A stretch of DNA of 26,496 nucleotides from Promethearchaeota archaeon (GTDB lineage Archaea > Asgardarchaeota > Lokiarchaeia > Sigyniarchaeales > SOKP01), in the NCBI GenBank assembly GCA_016840165.1, contig JAEOSU010000064.1, forward strand, positions 1-26,496. Direction: 5' to 3'. This document shows positions 1-8,026 of the stretch, one piece after another. Numbering within the stretch: position 1 is the stretch's first letter; every line of letters begins with the position of its first letter. The translations under genes and the position numbers were made by a program. The notes below the pieces were generated by a model that saw nothing but the letters and a program-made list of their open reading frames with translations, was not told the DNA's origin and made no database searches.

Positions 1-1145
1 AGATTCATGATCTCAGTGGTTCCAGTCCAAATTTCGCCAATTCTGCTATCTCGAAGTATCCTCTCTATAGGATACACTGTAGTATATCCAATACCTCCCA
101 TAACCTGCATTGCATTGTTAATGACTTTCCAACATGCTTTTGTGGAAAACTTTTTTGATTCCGATACTAGTCTTCTTTGAAGTGCTGATGGGGCTCCAGA
201 ATCAATTGTTCTTGCTGTATTTAATACTATTGAACGTGCTGCATCCAATAAAGTAATGCTATCTGCAATATTAAAATTTACTGCTTGAAAATTTTTTATG
301 GTCTGTCCAAAAGCCTTTCTTTTAGTACTATATTTTGTAGCAATTCTTAAGCATGCTCTTGCTGATCCTAATGATCCTGCGGCAGTTGTCAAACGTTCAG
401 GAACCATCATTTGATAGAATATCTTACCACCTGCCCCCTCTCCAAGGATAATATTTTCTTTTGGTACTTTTACATCTGAAAATTTCAAACGCCCGGCTCC
501 ACCACCTCGCGTTCCCAATAAGCCATAAACATATTCTGTGCTTACCCCTTCTGTTCGATCGACAATAAATAAACTTAATGCAGTGTGAGGATCGGCTTTT
601 GGGTCAATATTAGTCCTTGCATAAACTAAGAAAAAATCTGCACCTTCCGCTCCCACTACAAAACGCTTTTCGCCATTTAAAACATAATAGTCTCCTTCTT
701 TAATAGCGGTACAAGTTGCTCCAAAAAAATCAGATCCGCCTCTTGGTTCTGTAAGAGCTTCTGCAGTATACTTTTTTCCCTCACACATAGGTTTAAGATA
801 TTTTAACTTCTGCTCTTCTGTACCGAAAAAATTCAAAGCTTCCCCACAGATTATTGGAAGTGAAAATAAACAAGGAAGAGAGCTTCCTAATATTCCAATC
901 TCTTCAAGTGCGACGACTTCACATTCCCAGTTTAACCCACGACCTCCAAATCTTTTTGGAGTTCTCATGGCAATTAGATTATATTTTCCAAGTTTTTGTA
1001 AAAATTCTATCGGATAATTAATTTCTTCCTTATCCATCTGTTTTAATAAAGAATGAGGAACTTCGTCTCGTACGAAATTTTGTACCTCCTCCTTTATCTT
1101 TTTAGCCTCTTCAGAGATAATATAATCAAACATTTTCGATTCCAT
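1..1145 (-). CDS. Acyl-CoA dehydrogenase (3' end runs off the window; not in the ORF track)
   Basis: Manual minus-strand translation from ATG at 1145: [27 protein letters not shown]...RFGGRG...ALEEIG...[10 protein letters not shown]...[16 protein letters not shown]...PERL...RKAFGQ...[36 protein letters not shown]. These are typical ACAD motifs. Alternative start ATG at 1133. Confidence 0.93.
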   Translation of the reverse strand, partial: MESKMFDYIISEEAKKIKEEVQNFVRDEVPHSLLKQMDKEEINYPIEFLQKLGKYNLIAMRTPKRFGGRGLNWECEVVALEEIGILGSSLPCLFSLPIICGEALNFFGTEEQKLKYLKPMCEGKKYTAEALTEPRGGSDFFGATCTAIKEGDYYVLNGEKRFVVGAEGADFFLVYARTNIDPKADPHTALSLFIVDRTEGVSTEYVYGLLGTRGGGAGRLKFSDVKVPKENIILGEGAGGKIFYQMMVPERLTTAAGSLGSARACLRIATKYSTKRKAFGQTIKNFQAVNFNIADSITLLDAARSIVLNTARTIDSGAPSALQRRLVSESKKFSTKACWKVINNAMQVMGGIGYTTVYPIERILRDSRIGEIWTGTTEIMN

Positions 1146-1327
1146 TTATGTTATTTAAACTGAATAAATATAATCATAGCTTCAATAAATAATAAATTAA
1201 AATCACCTAATAATTACAGCCGCTCATTTTTTTGATTTGCTTACTTCAAGAAAACTTCAGTATGAGAATCTATATTAAGCACTAATCGTTATATTACAAA
1301 TTAACTTACTCTAAAACGGATATATTG

Positions 1328-2587
1328 ATGTTTAAAAAATTCTTTAAATACCCAAATCCATTTAAAGTGTTGATCCTAGCCACTTTCATTGATAGATTAG
1401 GAGGCTTCTTATTATTTCCCTTTTTTTCAGTGTATCTTATCGATCATTTTAATGTGACAATAGTTGAGGTAGGATTTTTATTTTTTATATTCGCACTTGG
1501 AAGTATAATTGGTAGCACGATAGGAGGTGCGTTAACTGATAAATATGGTCGTCGATCAATGCTACTTTTCGGTTTAATCTCAAGTGGTATTGGAAGTATC
1601 CTGATGGGAATAGTTAATGATTTATATTTGTTTTTTGTAATAGCAGCAGTTTTAGGTATCCTAGGTGATTTAGGAGGTCCAGCACGGCAAGCAATGGTTG
1701 TGGATTTACTTCCAGAAGATAAACGGGCTGATGGATTCGGATTATTGCGAGTAGCTGTAAATCTTGCAGCAGTAGGAGGCCCGATACTTGGAGGGCTTTT
1801 ATATAGATATTCATATTTGATATTGTTCATATCTGATGCCGTAAGTAGTTTAATAACAGCATTAATTGTATTCATTGTTATCCCTGAAACGAAACCCGAA
1901 AAACAAGATGACAAACCCGAAGAATCGATTATGAAAACACTAAAAGGTTACATAGAAGTAATAAAGGATTATGTTTTCATATGGTTTCTCATTGTATCTG
2001 CTTTAACGGTGTTAGTATACATGCAAATGAACAGTACTTTATCAGTATTTTTGTGGGAAGTCTACAGTTTCCCGTTGGAGTGGTTTGGAGCGTTACTAAG
2101 CATGAATGCTTTGATGGTAGTAGTACTTCAGTTCTGGATTACGAGAAGGATTGCAAAATATGCACCTATGAAAATGATGGCATTAGGTACAATTCTTTAT
2201 ATGATTGGTTTTGGGATGTATGGTTTTATCTCTGAATGGTACTTGTTTTTCGTAGCGATGGCTATTCTCACTGTTGGTGAAATGATTGTAATACCTGTTT
2301 CACAAGCTACCGTCGCACGATTTGCCTCTGAAGATAAGCGAGGTCGATATATGGCTGTATATGGCTTTCATTGGTCCATTCCAACTTTATTTGGAGTTTC
2401 AGGGGCTAGTTTTATCTATTTTTTTATTGGGCCAAATTGGGTATGGTACATTGCGGGACTTTTATGCTTAACTGCTATCTTTGGTTTTTGGATACTTAAT
2501 GGAGTTACGAAAAAACGGCTTGATAAGAATACTGAAATTTCGGTAGAAGAATTAGGATTAGAAATAAGAGAAGAAATAAGTGAATAA
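1328..2587 (+). CDS. MFS transporter (DHA1/MdtH-like drug:H+ antiporter family)
   Basis: About 12 hydrophobic segments, MFS motif A (GGALTDKYGRR) and motif C-like GGPILGG. ATG at 1328 preferred over TTG at 1325. Confidence 0.9.
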   Translation: MFKKFFKYPNPFKVLILATFIDRLGGFLLFPFFSVYLIDHFNVTIVEVGFLFFIFALGSIIGSTIGGALTDKYGRRSMLLFGLISSGIGSILMGIVNDLYLFFVIAAVLGILGDLGGPARQAMVVDLLPEDKRADGFGLLRVAVNLAAVGGPILGGLLYRYSYLILFISDAVSSLITALIVFIVIPETKPEKQDDKPEESIMKTLKGYIEVIKDYVFIWFLIVSALTVLVYMQMNSTLSVFLWEVYSFPLEWFGALLSMNALMVVVLQFWITRRIAKYAPMKMMALGTILYMIGFGMYGFISEWYLFFVAMAILTVGEMIVIPVSQATVARFASEDKRGRYMAVYGFHWSIPTLFGVSGASFIYFFIGPNWVWYIAGLLCLTAIFGFWILNGVTKKRLDKNTEISVEELGLEIREEISE

Positions 2588-2676
2588 AAAGCAATAATTT
2601 AATTGAATTATCTTTAAATTCATTTTAAAAAATTAAAAGGGTAATATCGAGGGCTATATTGAAGTGTATATTTAAT

Positions 2677-2700
2677 TTCGTGAAAGTTCAGTTTCACGAA
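2677..2700. terminator. Perfect 9-bp hairpin between convergent MFS genes (possible bidirectional terminator or structured RNA)
   Basis: TTCGTGAAA (2677-2685), loop GTTCAG, TTTCACGAA (2692-2700). Function is inferred from position only. Confidence 0.4.
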
Positions 2701-2799
2701 TAAATACTCATACTTACGATATTTGAGAAATAAAGTACTATCACTTAATTTTAAAACGAAATAAGGTTATAAATAGAAATCAATATTTTATACTTTTGT

Positions 2800-4017
2800 C
2801 TAAATTATGGGCTCTTTTTTTTCATTAATCGGAGTAATAATCATCCATTTCCATAGGATGATTATAAGAACAAATATTGTTGCTGATAAAGCCGGTAAAA
2901 TTAATGTAGGAAGAAGATATAGCATTATTCCTCCTAAAATTGGAGTTATTATTTGACCAATACTGGTTAAAGAGTTAACTACCCCGAATAAACTGCCTGT
3001 TTCCTCTTTTTTAACAGTATTAGTTAACTTACTTGTAAGAATGGGGCGTGCTACTCCTGTCCCAAATGCTAAGAAGAAAAATGGAAGATAAACTATCCAG
3101 TAATTAGTAGAGAATATAAGAAAGAACATAGCAAATATCATTGTGAAAATACCAATTACTAGAGTTTTATTTTCACTTAATTTTTTCAGTATGGTATTTA
3201 TCAGAACACTCTGAAAAATAACCCTAAGAACCCCAATCCAAGCCATATAAAAGCTTACTTGTTGAGGGGTAGCGTTAATTTGCATTTCAGCAAATAGAGG
3301 AAAAGTGTTAATAAAAAGCATAAAACCAAAATTATAGATGAAGAAAACTATGATTAACCCCCTTATCACAGCAGATTTAAAGAAATATTTAGCTTCTTTA
3401 ATAGGGATAATATCTCCGAACTTAAACTCTAGTTTGTCTTCCCTTCTTTTTAATGATTCAGGTAATAAAATGAATACCAAAATGATTGAAAGCAGACTTA
3501 TTCCAGCAGCAAAGAAAAAAGGAGCTGAAAAATTGATTGATAATAATAAGCCTCCAATAACTGGACCAAATATTAATCCTGCACCGAAGACTGCACTTGA
3601 ATAACCGAAAGTTTTAGTTCGATATTTAGGATTGGTCACGTCGCTTATATATGCTTGAGTAACTGTCATATTACTTCCCAGAAGGCCATCTACTAATCTT
3701 GCGGCAATTAATATCCAAACATTACTGGATAAGCCAAGTAATATAAATCCAATAAATGTACTTATTTGACTGAATAACAATAATGGCTTTCTTCCGTATC
3801 TGTCGCTAATTTTGCCTGTAATTGGACTTGCAAAAAGTTGGCATATACTAAAAATACTAAGGATTAATCCTATTTCAAAAGCATTCAAGCCTAAAGATAA
3901 CCCAAGAAAGGGGATTAATGGTAACACACTAGTAAAACCTAAAACTTCTGTAAATTGGATTAAAAAAATTATTAAAAGCCTTTTTTCAAATTTTTTTTCT
4001 GAAAGTTTAGGTTCCAT
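2800..4017 (-). CDS. MFS transporter, TetA-like DHA1 family
   Basis: Motif A (GKISDRYGRKP), motif B (ARLVDG), AYISDVT, antiporter motif C (GAGLIFGPVIGG), about 12 TM segments. Confidence 0.92.
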   Translation of the reverse strand: MEPKLSEKKFEKRLLIIFLIQFTEVLGFTSVLPLIPFLGLSLGLNAFEIGLILSIFSICQLFASPITGKISDRYGRKPLLLFSQISTFIGFILLGLSSNVWILIAARLVDGLLGSNMTVTQAYISDVTNPKYRTKTFGYSSAVFGAGLIFGPVIGGLLLSINFSAPFFFAAGISLLSIILVFILLPESLKRREDKLEFKFGDIIPIKEAKYFFKSAVIRGLIIVFFIYNFGFMLFINTFPLFAEMQINATPQQVSFYMAWIGVLRVIFQSVLINTILKKLSENKTLVIGIFTMIFAMFFLIFSTNYWIVYLPFFFLAFGTGVARPILTSKLTNTVKKEETGSLFGVVNSLTSIGQIITPILGGIMLYLLPTLILPALSATIFVLIIILWKWMIITPINEKKEPII

Positions 4018-4182
4018 TTTAATATTTCTTCACAATTTTGCAATAATTAAACTAAATTTAGCTACACTAAGAAAAATTGTGGAAAAGTTAAGTCTTAGCT
4101 TAATAAATTATTAGTATCAAAATCATTTTATTTTGAAAAAATTAAGAATTAGAGCAAAAATACTCTGGTGAATACTATTTTC

Positions 4183-4209
4183 AAAGTATATACTTTATAC
4201 CTTGTATAA
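4183..4209. promoter_or_regulatory. Tandem palindromes, possible operator
   Basis: Perfect 14-bp palindrome AAAGTATATACTTT (4183-4196) overlapping TTATAC-CTT-GTATAA (4195-4209), about 170 bp upstream of the TetA-like gene. Confidence 0.3.
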
Positions 4210-4256
4210 CCTAAGTTGCGTTTCACAAACATAGTAATTTTGTAAAGTTAATTGAA

Positions 4257-4360
4257 TGGGAAAGAGGGGACTTGAACCCCTGGCCTCTTGGTATTTTGCA
4301 CAATCAAAAATATTGAAAGTGTTCCGAACCAAGAATCATACCAAGCTAGACTACCTTCCC
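4257..4360 (-). tRNA. tRNA-Pro(CGG) with a 30-nt intron at canonical position 37/38 (intron 4293-4322); CCA not encoded
   Basis: Cloverleaf on the minus strand: acceptor GGGAAGG/CTTTCCC plus discriminator A; D arm GTCTAGCTTGGTATGAT; anticodon stem CTTGG/CCAAG; loop TT-CGG-A|intron|A; T arm AGGGG-TTCAAGT-CCCCT. BHB-like motif at the splice junctions. Confidence 0.9.
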
Positions 4361-4424
4361 GAAAATAAGCTTAGATAATAAAAGTAAAAATAAAATTTAA
4401 AAATTTATAAAAAAAATTAGTAGG

Positions 4425-4721
4425 TTAGATTTCAAAAATTTCCCTTGCCTTCTGCTCATTAATTTCATTATTAACTAAATCCCACACTTCACCGTAGAAA
4501 AATTCCTTGTCATCTTTAACAATTAGGGGTAAACTCTCTACACAAGCACTCATATCGCAATATAAGCTATTGAATGTAGGATTCTTCATCAATGGGTCAT
4601 TAAAATCTTTAGGATCTTGATAATCTAATACCTTAAATTTTATATCCTTATCATTTAACCAATTAATTAGTTTTTCACAGAAAAAACAACTTTTTTTTAT
4701 AACAATTTTATAATTTGCCAT
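4425..4721 (-). CDS. Glutaredoxin-like (thioredoxin-fold) protein
   Basis: N-terminal beta strand followed by CFFC (CxxC) and a helix; SLP cis-proline-like motif followed by a beta hairpin; 98 aa. Confidence 0.7.
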   Translation of the reverse strand: MANYKIVIKKSCFFCEKLINWLNDKDIKFKVLDYQDPKDFNDPLMKNPTFNSLYCDMSACVESLPLIVKDDKEFFYGEVWDLVNNEINEQKAREIFEI

Positions 4722-4903
4722 GATTATGATCGTTCAAAATAAGTAATTAAATTTTTATTTTATATTTTGAAAATTAGGGTTTGATCTCATTTAAATATTA
4801 ATTTCTTGAATTTAGGAGATTTAGTTATATAATGGTAAAATCTTTTAAAATTTAGAACTCGTTTTTGAAATAGTATAAATATAATTCTCATTTTTAAAGA
4901 ATT

Positions 4904-5590
4904 ATGAATGAGTTCTTTTCTATTTATACTTATACGCCTTGGGATAAACTCAACGATGATAAATTAACCCAAATTCGAGTTCTTTCTTTAAAAAGTATAT
5001 TTAAAAGTTTTCCTGTGATTGAGCCAGCATTTTTTGATGATTTAGTTTCAAATCTTACTAAATATCAGCATTATATTAGAATAAAAGCCATTAAAAGAAT
5101 AGTTGGACCTAATAAGGAGGATTATGATATTAGTCCTTGGATCTTTATATGGGGAATGGATTCTGAGAGAAGAATATACCAATTTCTGCTACAGAAAACC
5201 AAATCTGAAAATAAAGATTCACAAGCTGCATTAGTTGCTCTTGCTCCTCCTGAATTAGTTAAATTATTCTCTGAATATCATGAAAATGTGATCTTAAGAA
5301 TCTTAACTCTTTTAAATAATCCCGTTGAGATAAAATTTCTTTTCATTCTCACTCCTAAAGGAAAATCCATTGCCGAAGAGCAACAACTTCTCTATGGGAG
5401 CAAATCGGAACTCGATAAATTAAATTTTGTAAAAAAACTCAAACAAATGCCGAATATTAGAGGAGAGTGGTTTCCTTCTTTTGATCCAAGATGTCCAGTG
5501 TGTAATGGAATAATGACTGAGTTAAAAGATTATAAATTAGGTTTTAAAAAACTAGTATGCCCTCAGTGTGGATATGAAAAAAAGAATTAA
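4904..5590 (+). CDS. Hypothetical protein with C-terminal C4 zinc ribbon
   Basis: 228-aa ORF ending CPVCNG...LVCPQCGY. N-terminal part not recognised. Confidence 0.75.
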   Translation: MNEFFSIYTYTPWDKLNDDKLTQIRVLSLKSIFKSFPVIEPAFFDDLVSNLTKYQHYIRIKAIKRIVGPNKEDYDISPWIFIWGMDSERRIYQFLLQKTKSENKDSQAALVALAPPELVKLFSEYHENVILRILTLLNNPVEIKFLFILTPKGKSIAEEQQLLYGSKSELDKLNFVKKLKQMPNIRGEWFPSFDPRCPVCNGIMTELKDYKLGFKKLVCPQCGYEKKN

Positions 5591-5669
5591 TTATAAATAA
5601 AAATATGATGATTTTTATAAAATAAAATAATCTATATTAATATTAAAAAATTAAGAGGAAATAATCAAA

Positions 5670-7202
5670 ATGTTTATCGCAAGTCTTGATCTTGGTACGA
5701 CCGGAGTAAGAACATTTATTTTTGATATATCTGGAACTGTATTAGCGACAGATTATCAAGAATGGGAGAGTTTTTATCCTATCCCTTCATATGTTGAGCA
5801 GGATGCAAATTCATGGTGGAATTCGCTTAAAAAAACCATCGAAGCAGCTATTAAAAAAAGTGGCATTGATAAATCTGAAATTGTGAGTTTATCTGTGACC
5901 AATCAAAGAGAAACTATTGTTCCTATAGATAAAGAAGGTAATCCTTTACATAACGCATTAGTATGGCAAGATCGCAGAACTACAGATCAAGTAGAATTCA
6001 TCAAAAAGAAAATTGGTGCTGAAAAAGTTTACAAGACTACTGGTTTAACTATAGATCCTTATTTTTCAGCCACTAAGATATTATGGTTTAAGGATAATAA
6101 ACCCGAAATCTATAAAAAAGCGCATAAGTTTTTGTTAGTTTCTGATTTTATATTATTTAAGCTGACTGGTCAATTTTATACGGATTATTCTAATGCATCT
6201 CGGACTATGTTGTTCGACATTAATAAGTTAAAATATTCTGATGATATTGCATCTGATTTGGAATTAGATTTAGATAAAATGCCTGAACCCTTAAAAAGTG
6301 GTAAAGATATAGGAGAAATAAATACCGATGAAACTCTTTTTGACAAAAAAACCTTGGTAATTACAGGAGCGGGGGATCAACAATCAGCAGCATTAGGAGT
6401 GGGAGTTACTTCCCCAGGCACGATAAAATTAACAACTGGAACTGGCAGTTTTATGTTAGCATATTTAGAAAAACCTAATTTTGACCCAAAGAAGCGTGTA
6501 TTATGTAGTTGTCATGCTGTTCCTGGTGCTTGGGTTCAAGAAGCAAGTATTTTTACTACTGGAGCCTATTTAAGATGGTTCAGAGATGAAATTGCCTATG
6601 AAGAGTGTATTGTAGCAGAAGAACAAAATCAAGATCCTTATAATATTATATCTAAAGAAGCAAATGAGTCTCCTGTGGGTGCTAATGGCTTAATAACAAT
6701 CCCGCATTTAGTAGGAGCTGGAGCACCTCACTGGAATCCTTATGCGAGAGGAATTATCTTTGGATTGGCATTAGGGCAAAAAAGGAGAGATATTGCTCGT
6801 GCTATTCTAGAAGGAGTTGCTTTTGAAGTAAAGAAAAATGTTGAAGTATTTCAAGAATTAAATATCAAACCTGTCGAATTAATGCTAACTGGGGGAGGAT
6901 CCCGATCTGATCTATGGAATCAGATAATTTCAGACGTTTTAGGGATTATATGTGTAAGGAATGTCATTGAGGAAGCTACATCGTTAGGAGCAGCAATACT
7001 AGCGGCTTCAGGTGCAGGAATTTTCCCGGATATTGCCAAAGCAGCCGAAAGCATCTGTAAGATCGACAAAAAATGGTTACCAGATACAGATCGTCATTCA
7101 AAATATGATAAGTTATACCGGTTCTCTTATGATTTATATAATCTCTTGCAATCAGATAATATTTATACTAAATTCCAGGAAATTATACGGAACAAAGAGT
7201 AA
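5670..7202 (+). CDS. FGGY-family carbohydrate kinase (glycerol kinase/xylulokinase-like)
   Basis: DLGTT phosphate-1 motif, TNQRET, WQDRR, TDYSNASRTMLF, GDQQ, GTGSF, GAGAPHW and GGGSRS. TNQRET, WQDRR and NASRTMLF resemble glycerol kinase; substrate not certain. Confidence 0.9.
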   Translation: MFIASLDLGTTGVRTFIFDISGTVLATDYQEWESFYPIPSYVEQDANSWWNSLKKTIEAAIKKSGIDKSEIVSLSVTNQRETIVPIDKEGNPLHNALVWQDRRTTDQVEFIKKKIGAEKVYKTTGLTIDPYFSATKILWFKDNKPEIYKKAHKFLLVSDFILFKLTGQFYTDYSNASRTMLFDINKLKYSDDIASDLELDLDKMPEPLKSGKDIGEINTDETLFDKKTLVITGAGDQQSAALGVGVTSPGTIKLTTGTGSFMLAYLEKPNFDPKKRVLCSCHAVPGAWVQEASIFTTGAYLRWFRDEIAYEECIVAEEQNQDPYNIISKEANESPVGANGLITIPHLVGAGAPHWNPYARGIIFGLALGQKRRDIARAILEGVAFEVKKNVEVFQELNIKPVELMLTGGGSRSDLWNQIISDVLGIICVRNVIEEATSLGAAILAASGAGIFPDIAKAAESICKIDKKWLPDTDRHSKYDKLYRFSYDLYNLLQSDNIYTKFQEIIRNKE

Positions 7203-7328
7203 TTATAAATCATACCAATTTAACCTTCTTATTTTTTATTTAATATTACAATATTAGCTTAAATAATCAATTTTATATATTCTTATTTTTATAAGTTCGT
7301 TAAATATAGATAAAGAGGATAGAATTAA

Positions 7329-7916
7329 ATGATAGAAAATAAAAAATCTGACTATACACCAAGACAAAGGGCTGCAGGGGAATTATATTATATATTTATT
7401 GTTGCTGCTAGCATAATTACCATTGGAGGTATTGTTTGGTCAATCGTAGACATGTGGATGCCAACAGGAAAATTAGGAGCATTTTTAGAGTTAAATTTAG
7501 GATATCAAATAGCGATTATTGCTGGATTTTTAGCAGGATTGTTCTTTATATTGATATTTTTCTTCGGTCTTTTTAGAAAAGGAAGCATTCTCGTACTTAA
7601 ATTTTTATTTAAGACTCGACCTATTGAAGAGCGATTTAAAAATAGATGGGATGTTAAAATTGCAGCTGGAGGACTCTTAATAAGCATAATCGCGGTCATT
7701 GTAGGATTAATATATGCTTTAATTAACGATCTACTTCTAGGTCCTGGTAGTAGCGCGCCGTTTTCGAATCTTCTAAGCACCTTCACTTCGGGGAACTGGA
7801 CATTATTTATTGGTATCGCATTATATGCTGGCATTGCGATTACACTATTCATGGTTTATTTTTGGAAAAATGGTTATTATTTGATTTTAAAAATAATGGG
7901 TACCTTAGAAAAATAG
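7329..7916 (+). CDS. Hypothetical 4-TM membrane protein with apparent internal duplication
   Basis: Four long hydrophobic stretches, GAGGA SD upstream; both halves follow the pattern AAG-TM-D...G-TM-(F/W)xxG-x3-(V/I)LK. Confidence 0.75.
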   Translation: MIENKKSDYTPRQRAAGELYYIFIVAASIITIGGIVWSIVDMWMPTGKLGAFLELNLGYQIAIIAGFLAGLFFILIFFFGLFRKGSILVLKFLFKTRPIEERFKNRWDVKIAAGGLLISIIAVIVGLIYALINDLLLGPGSSAPFSNLLSTFTSGNWTLFIGIALYAGIAITLFMVYFWKNGYYLILKIMGTLEK

Positions 7917-8026
7917 ATCCATTCAAACAAATAATTTTTTCTCAAATTTAATCTCTTTTTTAATTCAAATCATTAATCTTGTGCTCTACCTTCATTTTTA
8001 TTAATCAACATTCTTACTTTTACTCA

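Noticed and set aside
2643-2723. SECIS element or selenoprotein recoding
   Set aside because: No flanking gene shows a plausible in-frame UGA at a catalytic Cys position, and the hairpin lacks a convincing SECIS core.
2800-4017. Calling the MFS gene a tetracycline-resistance gene, or the APH-like domain at 23498-25567 an aminoglycoside-resistance enzyme
   Set aside because: Only family-level motifs are visible, and both families are functionally broad.
1444-4114. Alternative-frame and antisense ORFs inside the MFS genes (1444-1914, 1614-1814, 1981-2235, 3338-3604, 3812-4114)
   Set aside because: They overlap well-supported genes and carry no recognisable motifs; treated as shadow ORFs.
1200-4260. 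tRNA-anchored integrated element carrying the MFS genes
   Set aside because: No integrase or transposase, and no duplicated tRNA 3' end (att site) was seen in the window.
4257-4360. Reading the tRNA as Arg(TCG) by shifting the anticodon stem one base
   Set aside because: This requires G32/C38 and breaks the D-arm spacing. The D arm and the BHB register fit Pro(CGG).
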